Shown: piece after piece, positions 31,901 to 43,100 of the stretch
Numbering within the stretch: the first letter of the stretch is position 1
How the letters are laid out: each line of letters opens with the position of its first letter
Virus record (IMG/VR): IMGVR_UViG_3300048571_000088
Coordinates: 124,001 to 188,000 of that record
Length of the DNA stretch: 64,000 bases
Reading direction: 5' to 3' (one strand)
Program-made: the position numbers and the translations under genes
Notes under the pieces: generated by a model
What the model was told of the DNA's origin: nothing
Seen by the model: only the letters and a program-made list of their open reading frames with translations
The model's database searches: none

Positions 31901-34900
31901 ATGGCATTAACAACAAAAGGTAAGTTTATATTAGGTTCTGTTGCCGCAGGTGCTTATGCAGGCGACATTACAGATGACCCTCTTAGTGGTGTGCTAGGAG
32001 GTACTGTACTCGGTTTAACAGCATCTGCAATGAAGTTGAGTACTTCAGACATAATTGAAAGTGGTAAGGTTGTTAATAGCTTCAATCTAGATATGGATAA
32101 GATTAATAAGGATCGTAACTCTGGGTACAACAAAAGAGACTTAGAAGCTTTAAATACATTGAAATCCCGCATGAAAGGATTTGAAACCAGAAAAGCTAAA
32201 ATACCAGAGTTACAAGACAGACTTACTGAACTTCAGGAAGGAATTGTAGCTGGAAAATCTAAGAGTACCGAAGAGGCAAGAGCACAAAAAAGACTAGGGT
32301 ATAAAATACTAGCGTTAGAAAACAAGATTGCTCAGTACAGTGATTCTGGTCTTGATGTTATGGCCTCTAAAGTCGCTGATGAACTTAAGATTGCTGGTAC
32401 TATAATAACTCCAACTTACGAGGGATTAAAGAAACATGCAGAAGGGATAACAGACCCTAGAGTAGCTAGAAGATTAAATAGTGCTCTAAGCGGAGCAAAA
32501 GCTTACCAAGGCGTAGTGATTCACGATATAGTTACAAAATATCCTGATACAAAAACTGTAATATCACTATCTAAGGGAGGTGCTGAAGATCGCTTAACTA
32601 TGGCGTTGGCAACACAATTAGGTAATACACCAGAAGTAGCACGAGAAAAATCTAAGTTAATCCTAGACCGTGTTCTTGGAGATACTATAACACTGCAAGG
32701 ACACAACTTAATCTTCACAGATAAACGAGAAGGTGCTCCTACTGTCGTCTTACCTATGACTGCTGAGACTAAAGAAGGAGTTATGTATCACTCACCCAAC
32801 AATGGTACTCATTTTGCTGTCGCCGGTGTAAATCCTTATACAGATGCATATGCAAGAGGAGTAGAAGTTGATATAAAAGGACAAGGTGGTGGAAGACGTG
32901 TCCCGACACTTCAAGACGCTACAAAAAGAATACACCCTGAACTATTAGCTCTCCAGTTGTACGAAGGTGCTGATATCACTCAAGGGATTGAAATGATTAA
33001 GCAGAATCTAAGGCATGACCCTGATTCTGTTGCACTAGAGACTGAAAGTTTAGATGGACGATTAAAAGATCAGCATCTAAATCAGAAGTTTAGAAACGCA
33101 GGAATGTCATTAAACTTAGAACACATACTAAACACAGACAATACAGGTCTTACTGATCCTGATCAACCACTAACAAAAATAAAGAGAATCAGTACACAGG
33201 TAGGGACATCCTCTCAACTTAAAAGTACTATGCTTGCTCTTCAAGAAGGATTAGGAGGTGATGCTGTTAATATGTATTCAGGGTTATCACTGAACACCAC
33301 TACCAGCATATCAAACTCTAATTTTAATTCTCTAGCTCCGTTAAACATGAATCAACGTGGTGCTACAGCCGTAGGTGTAAGAGATACACAAGTTAAAAAC
33401 AGATCTGATGCTTTTAAAAGACTACAAGCTATGTATGGCAGTGATTTTGACAAACAATTTGAAAGTAGTAATGTATTTAGTAAACTAGATATTGCAGATA
33501 AAGAGGGGTTTAATGCTGTAATCGGAAATATCTTAGGGAATGATTACGCCCTCTCTGATGGAGCTGGATTATTTAATGTTAAAAATTCTCATCTATTTGA
33601 GCATGGTAGTGCACAAAAGCTTACTATAACATCTCAAAGAAATGGTGACTTCTTGATTAAGAATGAAACTATAAAAGACATGTTCAATATGTATAATAGT
33701 ATGTTGGACAGTAAGCACACTACGTCCACACTAAATCCTCAATTTATGGAGACATATCAGAAAGCAAGAGGACTCCTTAATTATAATGAACTCTTACTAA
33801 CTAAGAAGAAAAAAGGGTTTATACAAGATCCTTTAGACTTAGACCAACTATTTACAGATATTAAAAAAGGTACATATGACCAGTACCTAACGGCAAGTAA
33901 GAGACATCAGCCTAGTTTCAAAATAAGTAGTGGAGAAGCCATAGGATTAGACGGAGAAGGTAGAGAAATCTCGCTACACAATCAATTCTCCGAAGGCACT
34001 ATGAGAGAATTAGTAGTTGACAGGTATGGTAATCTTGGCATACATGTAGATGCAAGATTTAACCCAGGCGAAGAAAAAATAGCTAAACTATTCTCAGAAT
34101 CTGCTAAGTCTAACTTATACGGAGCTAAAGATTACCGACATGCTGCAGTAATAGGTACTCTACTAAACAGTGGAGAAGTTTCTGTAGTAGGTAATGAATT
34201 ATATATACCTACTCCAAATGGAGGTCCAAGTAAAAAGGTAGATAAGAAAGATATAGACAAGCTTGTAACGAACATAGAAGAAAAGATTGCTAAGAATATA
34301 CCTCTTAACTCTTTAGAGAAACGACTTAACTCTGCAATGAAAAGTAGTGTAATCTTAGCAGCCGAAGATACTAATTTTAAAGATTTTGCTCAACTAAATA
34401 AGGCAGGTGATATCACTGGCATTTTGGACTTTATAGATGGAAAGAAAATAAAAAGAAAAGTTGAACACTCTGACACAGAAAGACAATACATCAAAGATTT
34501 TGCTGAGAAACATGGAGGTGGGTTTCACAACTTAAGACGTTCAGCTATCTCATCGTTTATGAATAGTAATTTCAAAGCTGCGACAGATATATCTACAACT
34601 ATCGCCTCAGACATCTTTAAGAACTTAGAAGATGTTCTTTCAACTGGAGGTACTAAGGAGCAGAAACAATCCGTTGAGGAAATGTTAAGACATTTAAAGA
34701 TGATGAAAGACACTGATACTATTGAAGACGTTATAAATAATACTGAAGAGATGAAGGATTACTATAAGAGGAGAGTAGGAGGTACATTTAGAGCCGCTAC
34801 TATTGCTAGTAATTTAGTAGGTACGAATAGGGTGATGCACGAAGACAATATGATGGGACTCCTTAAAGGATTAACTAATACTAATTTTACAGATTATGCC

Positions 34901-37114
34901 TACGGACTTACAAACACAGCGGGATCTGTTAACAAAGGTCAGGCTGCACTAGGAGTAGGAAACCAGGCAAGACTGTCATGGACTGCACAAGATCAATTAC
35001 TTCAATCAGGTTTTACAAAAGAACAATTAAAAGTGATAGGTACCCCCGAACACAAAACATTAGTAGAGTTGGAGTCCATACTCGGAGAGAGGAATACAGG
35101 AATAGGTAAAAGACACAACAGGTACAGTATTAACTCTCAACTTAATGATACTAACCAAACAGACTTTGAAGCTATTCTTGTACGAACAACACCAGAAGAC
35201 CGACTAGGAAAACTTAAGCAAATCGGAATAGAGATCAGTGATAAATCACCCTTTATTACTTACGAATTAAAAAATCCATATAAAAAGATAGAGAGACTTA
35301 ACTTTGCTACAGTGTCTACAGACCGTAGTGGATTCTTTGAAGCTCACGAATTAGAGTTACTAAAAGAGATTGAAAGTAAGAAACTTCAATTATTTCATAT
35401 GGATAATTTACTATCAGTAGCGCCAGATAAAGATAGAGCTAAGACAAAACTAGAATTTGATAAAGTAGCGGAAGAGTATAAAACTCTAACTGAATCTACA
35501 CTGAAAGGTAATAATTCACTACTAAAACGTGCTGCATCTCTTCAAGTAGATGCAAGTAATATCAGCTTAGCGAGATCAACAGGAGGTGAAGCTTCTAGGT
35601 ACATAGAGTCAAGACTTGCAGAACAAAAAACTACTATTGCTGATTCAGTATTTATAAGTCAAGAAGGGTTGGATCTACGTTTAAAAAGAATGGGTGTTAC
35701 TAAGCAAAATACAAGAGTAGTAGATATACCTGCATTTCCGTCCTTAAAGAGGATTGAATACTTTAATGAAGACGCGTGGGTACCATTAAAGTCCTTAATC
35801 ACAAGGGAGCCATCTCAAGGTCCACTATCAACTACATTTGAAAATTTAGTTTTAGATACGTCAATTAAACAGTCTGGGAGTGGTGCGCACCTATATGTAA
35901 CCGAGAATCACAGAGGTTTCTTAACAGGTAAGTACATGGACTTCGACCAAGATACCTTACAAGAGTTGTTTCCTAAGCTAACATCTGCTCAGACACAAGA
36001 GCTGGAAACAAGATTTAAAGGTATTAATACAGCCCTTACAGAGATGGTAGATGCACATCAATACTTAAAAGTAAAAGGGTCGAATCATATAACTGCAACT
36101 ATAAGAGACTTTAAAGATACTGAAGAGTTAGCTTCTTATTTAAATGCTGCAGCATTACAAGGAAGGGAAAGGAAAGCTCTTGCTGCTCCCTCTACAGCAC
36201 TAGCCGTAGACTTAGCATCAGCATTTAATATGGAATTTGAAAAGACAGACGGAAAATCTATAAAAGGTCGCTTCTTAGGTCATACACTAGTTGAAAACTT
36301 AATTAAATCTGCTCATTTAGATACAAAAGCTTATAAAGAACAAACCGAGTCTGATATTGAAGCCTTCAGTAGACTTCATCGTGCCTATGTAAGTAATAAG
36401 ATCAGTGCTAAAACCTATGAAGAAGGTATCAGACCTCTTATTAAGCGACAACTAAACTTAGATAAAGTAGAAGCTGGACTTACAGATGCAAAACCAGAAC
36501 AAGTTAAAATGTTACTGGATTCACAGGAAGACCTAATACGTGCTACTGTAAATCATTCTAAAGAGGTTGCATCGACAGCAAGAAATCCACTTCATGTTAC
36601 TCAAGGTGTTGGACATGGCGATCTAATAGAAAGATCAATAGATGCTTTATCACAATTCGTAGAGACAAGTCAAGGATTAGATTTGAGAGGAGGAGAAAGT
36701 TATGGTAGAATGGCTCGTGAGATTAGTGTTAATATAGCAAAGACTATTAAAAATAATAAGGGTATCTTAGGTGTAGGTGCAGGAGCTTTGTTCTTAGCAT
36801 CAATGATGACTAAGAGTGGAGAGGGTGGTTCTCCAGATACAGAAGCTATTAATACTGAGAGATTTGTTCGATCAGATGCTTCTAAGAACCTCAGACCTTA
36901 TAATCAAGTACCTAATGCTATAGAGACAAACAAGCAAGCAAGAGCTTATGTTACTCCTAAAAACCATACAAAACAAAGTACTTCTGTGGAAGTTCAAGGT
37001 GGTTTTACAGAAGCAATGCAGTACGGAGACATGAATACGTATGCAGATCAAGCTAAGAGTATATCAGATGCTATCTTCGGAGATAGTTTAAGAACTGCAA
37101 GATTTGAAAATTAA
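31901..37114 (+). CDS. Large virion protein, candidate single-subunit two-barrel RNA polymerase
   Basis: LSDGAG (33551-33568), KLFSESAK (34085-34108), ITREPSQGP (~35798-35824) and YMDFDQD (35933-35953) occur in the order expected for the two DPBB barrels; hydrophobic Gly/Ala termini. Confidence 0.55.
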   Translation: MALTTKGKFILGSVAAGAYAGDITDDPLSGVLGGTVLGLTASAMKLSTSDIIESGKVVNSFNLDMDKINKDRNSGYNKRDLEALNTLKSRMKGFETRKAKIPELQDRLTELQEGIVAGKSKSTEEARAQKRLGYKILALENKIAQYSDSGLDVMASKVADELKIAGTIITPTYEGLKKHAEGITDPRVARRLNSALSGAKAYQGVVIHDIVTKYPDTKTVISLSKGGAEDRLTMALATQLGNTPEVAREKSKLILDRVLGDTITLQGHNLIFTDKREGAPTVVLPMTAETKEGVMYHSPNNGTHFAVAGVNPYTDAYARGVEVDIKGQGGGRRVPTLQDATKRIHPELLALQLYEGADITQGIEMIKQNLRHDPDSVALETESLDGRLKDQHLNQKFRNAGMSLNLEHILNTDNTGLTDPDQPLTKIKRISTQVGTSSQLKSTMLALQEGLGGDAVNMYSGLSLNTTTSISNSNFNSLAPLNMNQRGATAVGVRDTQVKNRSDAFKRLQAMYGSDFDKQFESSNVFSKLDIADKEGFNAVIGNILGNDYALSDGAGLFNVKNSHLFEHGSAQKLTITSQRNGDFLIKNETIKDMFNMYNSMLDSKHTTSTLNPQFMETYQKARGLLNYNELLLTKKKKGFIQDPLDLDQLFTDIKKGTYDQYLTASKRHQPSFKISSGEAIGLDGEGREISLHNQFSEGTMRELVVDRYGNLGIHVDARFNPGEEKIAKLFSESAKSNLYGAKDYRHAAVIGTLLNSGEVSVVGNELYIPTPNGGPSKKVDKKDIDKLVTNIEEKIAKNIPLNSLEKRLNSAMKSSVILAAEDTNFKDFAQLNKAGDITGILDFIDGKKIKRKVEHSDTERQYIKDFAEKHGGGFHNLRRSAISSFMNSNFKAATDISTTIASDIFKNLEDVLSTGGTKEQKQSVEEMLRHLKMMKDTDTIEDVINNTEEMKDYYKRRVGGTFRAATIASNLVGTNRVMHEDNMMGLLKGLTNTNFTDYAYGLTNTAGSVNKGQAALGVGNQARLSWTAQDQLLQSGFTKEQLKVIGTPEHKTLVELESILGERNTGIGKRHNRYSINSQLNDTNQTDFEAILVRTTPEDRLGKLKQIGIEISDKSPFITYELKNPYKKIERLNFATVSTDRSGFFEAHELELLKEIESKKLQLFHMDNLLSVAPDKDRAKTKLEFDKVAEEYKTLTESTLKGNNSLLKRAASLQVDASNISLARSTGGEASRYIESRLAEQKTTIADSVFISQEGLDLRLKRMGVTKQNTRVVDIPAFPSLKRIEYFNEDAWVPLKSLITREPSQGPLSTTFENLVLDTSIKQSGSGAHLYVTENHRGFLTGKYMDFDQDTLQELFPKLTSAQTQELETRFKGINTALTEMVDAHQYLKVKGSNHITATIRDFKDTEELASYLNAAALQGRERKALAAPSTALAVDLASAFNMEFEKTDGKSIKGRFLGHTLVENLIKSAHLDTKAYKEQTESDIEAFSRLHRAYVSNKISAKTYEEGIRPLIKRQLNLDKVEAGLTDAKPEQVKMLLDSQEDLIRATVNHSKEVASTARNPLHVTQGVGHGDLIERSIDALSQFVETSQGLDLRGGESYGRMAREISVNIAKTIKNNKGILGVGAGALFLASMMTKSGEGGSPDTEAINTERFVRSDASKNLRPYNQVPNAIETNKQARAYVTPKNHTKQSTSVEVQGGFTEAMQYGDMNTYADQAKSISDAIFGDSLRTARFEN

Positions 37115-37128
37115 ATAAAAGGTGTAAG

Positions 37129-40100
37129 ATGACAGAAACAATTATTACAAAAGAATCATTCATTATAAATGACATAGTACTTGATGTTAATCCTAGTGAT
37201 ATTAGATTAATCGAAGATAACTATGCTATGCAAGATAGTTATATACGTACAAATGCAGTTTTTGCATACAGATCAAAATATGCATCTACTAAGATTTCTA
37301 TAACTATCCCAGTAGAACTAGATGACATGATGCTAAATAACTTTGATCTGTCATCTTACGAATACAGTGGGAATTATAGTAACATACCTAATACGTTAAA
37401 ACTGTTAGTACAATTGTGTAACTATCCTTTCTGTTTTATTAAGTCAAACAGAGTACAAACCTATGTAACACCTACTTCTATTTCTTCTACTAATTTCATG
37501 ATCTTCGCTATAGACGAAATGAATCTTATGTTCAGATCTGAAGTTTCTAATGTTGCTTTCTTAGAGTTAGTCATTTGCTACTACAATCATACACCATTTG
37601 TAAAAGACTTTAGTTTTAGTAAAACAGTTTCAATGGTAGAGTACTCTTCTTACGATGCTTTTAAATTTAAAAGTGAAGGGATTCAAAACTCAGGAGTACC
37701 ATACCTAGGAGAGAGCGAGTCTTGGAAGAGATATTTCTTAAAAATTATGACTGATATTAGAGATCTAAGTACGATAGAGTCTTTTAAGTTAGGTTCAGAA
37801 GTTGTACAAGAGTTGTTTAATACTTTGAGAGTCCAGATTGCTGTACCAAACGTTACTTCTGTAACTGCAGACAGTATAGAGGAACTAGGGCATCAATATG
37901 GAAATGAAGCGAAATTCGTGATCACCACTAATGTTGACCCACTGAATGCTGATATATTACAACAACTTTACGCAGATAAAAAAGATGGTCAAGACTTTAG
38001 TCAACTATTGAAACAAACCGATCAAGATAGCAATGGGAAGAGTGCTTGGGAAACCTATACAAAAGTAAAAGGTGTAATTACTTATGACGATGTATTAAAA
38101 GCAATAGATGAAAAAGCATCTGATCCTATGGGGGAGTTCTACTCTAGAAATAAATTATTTGTTATTGAGTGGGCAGATATGGACTTAGAGTTATTAAGAA
38201 TTAGTGTCCAGTCTATAAGTATTAGAAAAAAGAATAAACTAGCTAGTAATCATATAGGTTCCTATAAGTATCCAGTGATCCAGTACATGGGAAGGTACCC
38301 AACAGAAGTAGCGATACAATTCACTACGAACGTTGGAAATTCTTATCTCGAACAGAGTGGGGAAATCGGTCTTAGCTCTTTCATTAAGAATCAATTCAAC
38401 ATCCTAGATAGAAACAGAACAATGTATCCAGAGATGTTGGCTCATAACTACCTTAAAATTAAATCGTTAGGTACTATATTTAGTCAGAATATTCAATACA
38501 TCCCTAATCAGTACCATCTAAGCGCTAATTCAACCGAGCAAGGACTTGAAACATTTAATTGTACTTTTATTGAAAGCAATCTAGAGTCTTTACTAGAGCT
38601 AGGTGAAATGACAAACTCTGGTAAAAAATCTACAGGAGAGCAAGAGGGATTTACTCACGACGTAGTTATTAAGTTTCTTACTGACCTATCTACTTACTTA
38701 TCAGATCGAAAAAATGCAAGTAAACTAAGTAACGAAGAGAAAAGTTACATCCTAGAGATTTACTATAAGTGTTTATTACTAGTTAATATGTACCGAGTGG
38801 AGGCAGGCAGTAAGTCCGTACTTGAAACAACTCTGTCAACACTTCCTCTTTCGGAGTTAGAACAATTTCTTGCATACGCTCTTGCTAAAATATCTTCTCA
38901 GTTGTTTCAAGACCTTGTAGCAGGAACTGCAGCAGTCGCAACGGCAGCAGTAGTGGCCTTTTTCTCTGTATTTAGCGCAGGTACGACTTTAGGCCTTGCG
39001 ATTCCTGCCTCGGCAGGTGGGTATTGGCTAGCTAATGAAGCTATGGAGGTTGCAGGTATCAACGCCAACCCTTATTTCTATAGTACAGTATTTGAAGGAC
39101 TTGTTCCGTCAGAGGTACTTGAATATCACGTCAACTGGATATCAAACGGTGCAAAAGGTGGTCTTATTGAAAATATTAAAGCAAGAAAGTTAATTGTTAC
39201 AGGAAACGGGAAGGTCATACAGGAGAATATTAATAACTATGTAAGTTTTATATTCAGAGAAAGAGGTGAAACTAAAATCCTTCTTAATGAAATTGTAGGT
39301 ATGATTGCAGTAGGTAGTGGAAAGAATAATCAACTATGTAAATCAGTAACTGATGCATATGCTGAAAAATTTGCTGCCGGATTTGACACTAGTATTGTTA
39401 CTTTTACAGGTCAGGCTATACCAGATTTAAACTTACAAACGATACACCCAGACTACAAAGAAGCTTCAGATTTAGCTGTGCAATCATTAAATCCTTTTTT
39501 CTTTTTAGTAGAAAACAAATGGTTTAATGATTCAGAAATTAAAGATACCTTTTCTGTTATTACAGATACCACTCAAGCTATTGAACAAAGCCTAGGTGCT
39601 GCTATAACAGAAATTGTCAGTGAAGACAAATCAAATATTAATCCAGCTATTGAAACTAGAGGTAGGTTAAAATACACTGAACCCGTCGAAGCTAAGTATG
39701 TAATCGACACAGAACAAGAAGCTCTTTCTTCAGTCGGAAATGCAGTAGGAGTAACTAATGATGTACCTACTAGTTCTTCTACACTCCCTGCCACAACCGG
39801 AGCAAATGATATAACCTCTTTAGCTGATGTACCAGTAGATAGTAATAAAGATGAATTGTTAGCACACTACAGTACAGCTAGATCTACTGGATTACGTCTC
39901 TCTGAGCAAGATTGGCTACTGTTTGCCAATACAGTAGCTTTCTATGAAAGTAGAAATAGAACAAATATAGTAGGAGGAATGAATAATCACTTCTTAGGTA
40001 AGTATCAAATGGGTGATATGGCTCTATTTGATATTGGATTTTTAAATAAGAAAAGTCCTAATTCAACTACATTAAGTGGCGCTTGGACAGAAACAGGATT

Positions 40101-43100
40101 AAACAGAGAAGTATTTCTAAACAGTCCTTCAAAACAAGCAGAAGCATTTGCTAAGTATGTAGCAAAGAATTATACATATGTAGCAAATAACTTCAAGAAA
40201 GAAGGTCTTCCACAATTCTCTTCATTACCTCTTAAAGTCCAATTAGCTTGTCTCGCAGCAGCCCATTTTGGACATACTTATGCTGTTCCTGTCTACAGAG
40301 ATCGTTCTAATCCTTCAGGGACTAAATCATTACTTTATTATGATAAGATCTTATTAGTGTTTCAAGATAGAAATGCATCGAGTACTACAAACAAATCAAC
40401 TACGCAGCCAATACAAAAAGCTGTATTCGTAGCTGTATTGAGTTGCAATGAGTTCAGAGCAAAACTATCTGACGGTACTGTGAAAGATTATCTAATAGAA
40501 GGGACGATAGATCCAAGACAAGCAACTAATGTAAAGAAATTAAGTGCAGGGCAATCATTTGATAAGTTACAGAATCTTTTCCAGTCAACAATGAATCTTT
40601 ATAAAAATCTTCAAATACAAGAGACAGGATTTACAGCACCACCAAATAAGAAGACAATTGTTAAAGTATTTACAGATAAAGGTCTTAGTCTTAACCTTAC
40701 AGTTTTGAATCAAGGTTATGCAGTACTTGATCCTGCGTATGAAGGAGTTTCTGGTTATCTAAATGCAAGCGACTCTGCAAAAGATAATAAAAAAGGATTG
40801 TATTCAGCCGACTTAGTATCTACCTTACCTTCTAAAAGTTTAGTATCCGCTGACGAAACAACATCAAGAGTATTCTCTGAAGCGGAACTTAACAAATACA
40901 GGAAAGTAACTCAACTGTACAATAGTAAAACTGATATAGGTTACATCCTCTCCCCACCTCAAGTACCATTTAAAGATAAGTCAGTAAAATATAAAATATC
41001 CTCTGGATTTGGTGCTAGAAGTGGAAGTCCTAACGGACATAGAGGAGTGGATGTAGTAGGACAAGGATTTAGTATTCTTGGCTCGCATGTGCAGCCGACT
41101 GCTAGTGGTACTGTAGTTTTTGCTGGAGTAAGAGGTGCTTATGGTAATGCAGTTTTTATTGATCATGGTAATGGATACACTTCAGCTTATGGACACTTAA
41201 ATAGTATCAATGTTAAAACAAACTCAGTCGTAAAAGGACTAGAGACTGTTATAGGTACAGCAGGAAGTACAGGTAGGTCAACTGGCCCTCACTTACACTA
41301 TGAAATCTCCTACAAAGGAACAAGAATAAATCCTAAAGATGTAACTGACTTACAAAAACTTGTAGGAAATTCTGGCGGGTACTCTACAGAGAAACTACAA
41401 AGCTATGAAACTAATGTAGGTCTAGGAGGTCAGATTACAAATCCTAAGCGATTTGTTGATACAGTAGCTATTAACAATAATAGCACTAGCATATACGACG
41501 AGGGTTTGTGGGTTTCTAGATTTTCTGACATGCTGGCTAAAAATATAAACAGAGGGTTGTCTCAGTCTTTTCCTACTATTAAGGTGTACGCCACTGTAGG
41601 TAACGAAGATCAGGATTTCTTTGTTGGTCTTCAAGGCTCTCAAATACAGTACTACGAAATCAAAGGTGTTCGTGATTTTCATTTAACAACTAATAACTCT
41701 GAGAACCCTGTAGATGTAGTTAGTATGATCATAGCTGATCCAAACTTTCTTAAAACTGACGAAATGACAGCCTTAGCTAATAATCCAGTCATAGACTATA
41801 AGAGTATAGGTACAGACTATGAAACTAAATTCAAGAATAATAGATTACAACTAAAGCCAGGAATGAAACTACACATAAGAATGGGATATTTTAACAACCC
41901 AAATAAGTTAGATATTGTATTCAATGGTTCTGTAACTAGTTGCTATAATGTTCATACTAATGCTATTCAAGTAATTGCAGAAGGATTCGGCAAAGAGTTA
42001 CTTTCAGAGATAATAGGTAGCAACGAGCCTAAACGACTAGGTGGAGGATGGAATAGCTCAACTGGTTCTATTTTTGCTGACTTAATGGTTTATCCAAGTC
42101 TGTACCATTTTGGGAAAAGTTATTCTTTCGGCCGTATGCTATTTGAAGGGTCACTAGGAGATCAACTCGATCCTGAATCTAAGAGTTTGTTAGCGTCTTC
42201 CACAAGTATCTTACAAACAAGTTACAAACGTGATGATATGAGTGACGGCGTATTCAATAGTAATTATTACCTAGGATTTAAACTGTTTAACAATATTATT
42301 CAACGTTCGCGTGTTAACACTAATATTTATGCGGCAGATATAGAGCACGTAGATAGTCAATTTGACTCACCTATTGTTAATCTATTTTCTAATATATTAT
42401 CACCAAATAAACCTGTTACTTATGATTACTATGCTGTAAATGAAACTCCTTGGGACGTTATGAAGCAAATGGAGCACAGACATCCAGGAACAATAGTGAA
42501 ACCAATGTGGTATCAAGACAGGTGTACTTTATTCTACGGTATTAAAGAGCAATTATATATCGCTAGAGACACTAATATGACATTAATGAGTCTTACAGCT
42601 AAAGATTTAATTGATAATGAAGATTGGGGAGTAGATAAACAATCTAACATTAAAGATGCTTACTCAACTTACAGAGATGAGAGAATGGATCCCGCATTCA
42701 ATTTCCACCTCGTAAGTTCAGAGTTTAATATGATTAGTAATGGAATAAAACTGAATGCTGACTATTTTACTAAAGTATCTGTAGGTTACAGAGATGATGA
42801 TGATGATATCTCTAATAAGAGTGCATGGGAGACACTCCCAATGATGTTAGATGATAACCTAGCTGCATGGGAGATACGCGGATCTGAACTAACGATGAGC
42901 GGATGTGATCATCGTTACATGGCGTACCGTTACGGGACTAATTTCCTAATAAAAGAAGCCGAAAAGATGTATGACGGAAAGATTACATTACTAGGTAATC
43001 CATCTATGAAGGCTGGTGACTATGCATTTATAAATGATACTTCGAGAAAAATGTACGGTGTTGTAAAGATAAGAGAGTGCTTTCATCACTACGATGAACG

